DNA of 64,000 nt from the NCBI GenBank assembly GCA_013239625.1, contig MU053574.1, positions 186,001 through 250,000 on the forward strand, read 5' to 3'. Every line of letters begins with the position of its first letter. The first letter of the stretch is position 1. The position numbers and the translations under genes were made by a program. The notes beneath the pieces were generated by a model, which saw only the letters and a list, made by a program, of their open reading frames with translations, had not been told where the DNA came from and did no database searches. The stretch comes from Lama guanicoe. Taxonomy: Eukaryota. Shown here in pieces: positions 62,636 to 64,000 of this stretch.

Positions 62636-64000
62636 AAGTTAAGAAACTGATGTAACCCAGTGTACCTAAGTGCCCAGTTGTCAGTCACCATTTTCCTTAA
62701 AATCCAAATAATAGAACTTGTGCCCTTATCCTGCCTCTGTCTGCACAGAGAACAGTGGTCCCCTCCACGTGTTTCTGAGGATTTCCGGGATTGCTGGTCA
62801 GTTCTTGCTTCCAAGTCCTCTGGATGGTGTCCATCACCTCTGGCCACATCTCTAGCCTCCTGGCTCTCTGTCTTGGAGGCGGTGCTAAGACAGAGCCAGC
62901 AGGAGCCCTCTTGCCCTGTGTTCCTCGTCAGCGCCTCGAGGCAGTGCTGTGGAACAGGCCTTTGGGGAGGATTGGGGGCAGTGGAGGTGGTTACAGCCCA
63001 GGATGGAGACAGATGAACCCAAGGACCGTAGCTTCTTTTGAAGTTTGCTGGCCTTCCCACTACAGGGTCTCCCTTCCAGGCCACCTCCCCCTGCAGGCCT
63101 GTCGGATGCTTCATGGTGGGGCCTGTGCTCTTCTTTCAAAGCCTTGTCTCCTGTCCCCCCCTCGTCTCATCTCCTGTCCTGTTCTAGACTCAGCTTGAGC
63201 CCTGCCTTTCAGAACTGGTAGAGTTCCTGCCATCTCCCTGCCTGACAGCCCCTAGAAGCAGCAGAAACTTGGAAATGATAGCTGTTCCTAAAGGATTCTC
63301 TGCTCAGTTCTTAAGTGAGCTCAAGTCAAGTATGGGGCTTCCTCCGCCAGCTAGCAGCCCCTTTAGGGGTCAGAGGTAGGAGCTGGGCCGACCAGGAATC
63401 TCAGCTCCTCCACTCCCTGCTCTGCTCCGGATGGAAGTTCATACCGTCAATCAAAAGTCTTGATCAAGCGTCACCCAAAGGTGACATGGGGACATCTGGA
63501 CCCCTGAGGGTGGGGCCTGGTGATGGGACCACATGAGCTGTTACCCTGGGGAGGAAGCCCAGGCTTGCAGAAGGGCAGCCAGGTGCCTGGGAGGCAGGCA
63601 GAGCCAGGGCTTGGCCCTCCACACCTGGGGCTGCGTCTTCCGGGGGAGGGGCAGGTTGGCAGACCAGCTGTGCGGCCCCGGGCCTGGCGCCGGGAGCTGA
63701 AAGGGGAGGAGAGGCCCAGATTGGGGCCAACATAGCCGATTCTGCCCTTTACAGCAAGGGTGTTGCCTCACCACCAAGTAGGGAGACCAGGGGCCGGTGG
63801 TTGGCCCCTGGGCTGGGGCTTCTCCACGACCAGCAGGGGCTTCGCTGGGCTCCATCAGTTTGTCCCTGATTCTCCCCACAAATCCAGGCTTGGGGGCTGG
63901 GGTGGGAGAGCCTGGCAGAGCTCCTGAAGGAGGGAGCCTGATTCCTGCAAAGACAGTTTGGCAGGGCTCTGAGAAGCGGCCCCCGGGAAGCCCCCGCTGC

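Noticed and set aside
50000..64000. Many 60-220 aa ORFs in AK8 introns, and a search for AK8 exon 5
   Set aside because: Low-complexity Pro/Gly/Ala/Arg translations typical of GC-rich introns, some inside LTR relics. I found no exon continuing the AK8 reading frame after 57701.

Overview
Mammalian genomic DNA, probably camelid judging by Vic-1-like tRNA-derived SINEs (inference). It covers the TSC1-SPACA9-AK8 locus. (1) TSC1/hamartin on +: all 21 coding exons are traceable with GT-AG boundaries (ATG 2127 to TAA 31505, summed CDS 3495 nt = 1164 aa), followed by a ~4.9 kb 3'UTR ending near AATAAA 36386. The promoter and first non-coding exons lie upstream of the window. (2) SPACA9 (C9orf9) on -, convergent with TSC1, with two readable C-terminal isoforms (226 aa and 168 aa). 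(3) The first four coding exons of AK8 on +, head-to-head with SPACA9 across a CpG island. The introns carry many transposon relics. The most unusual object is a 3.06 kb LINE-1 in TSC1 intron 20. It has a complete 5' end, ORF1, poly(A) tail and target-site duplication, but almost all of ORF2 (EN, RT, CCHC) is missing at one clean junction, which suggests a spliced or non-autonomous 'ORF1-only' L1. Other notable items are two chained uORFs before the TSC1 ATG, a tandemly duplicated CRE/X-box module at the AK8 start, and candidate conserved enhancers in AK8 introns. No prokaryotic systems, CRISPR arrays, rRNA or genuine tRNA genes were seen. Repeat family names and human comparisons come from recall and were not checked against databases.
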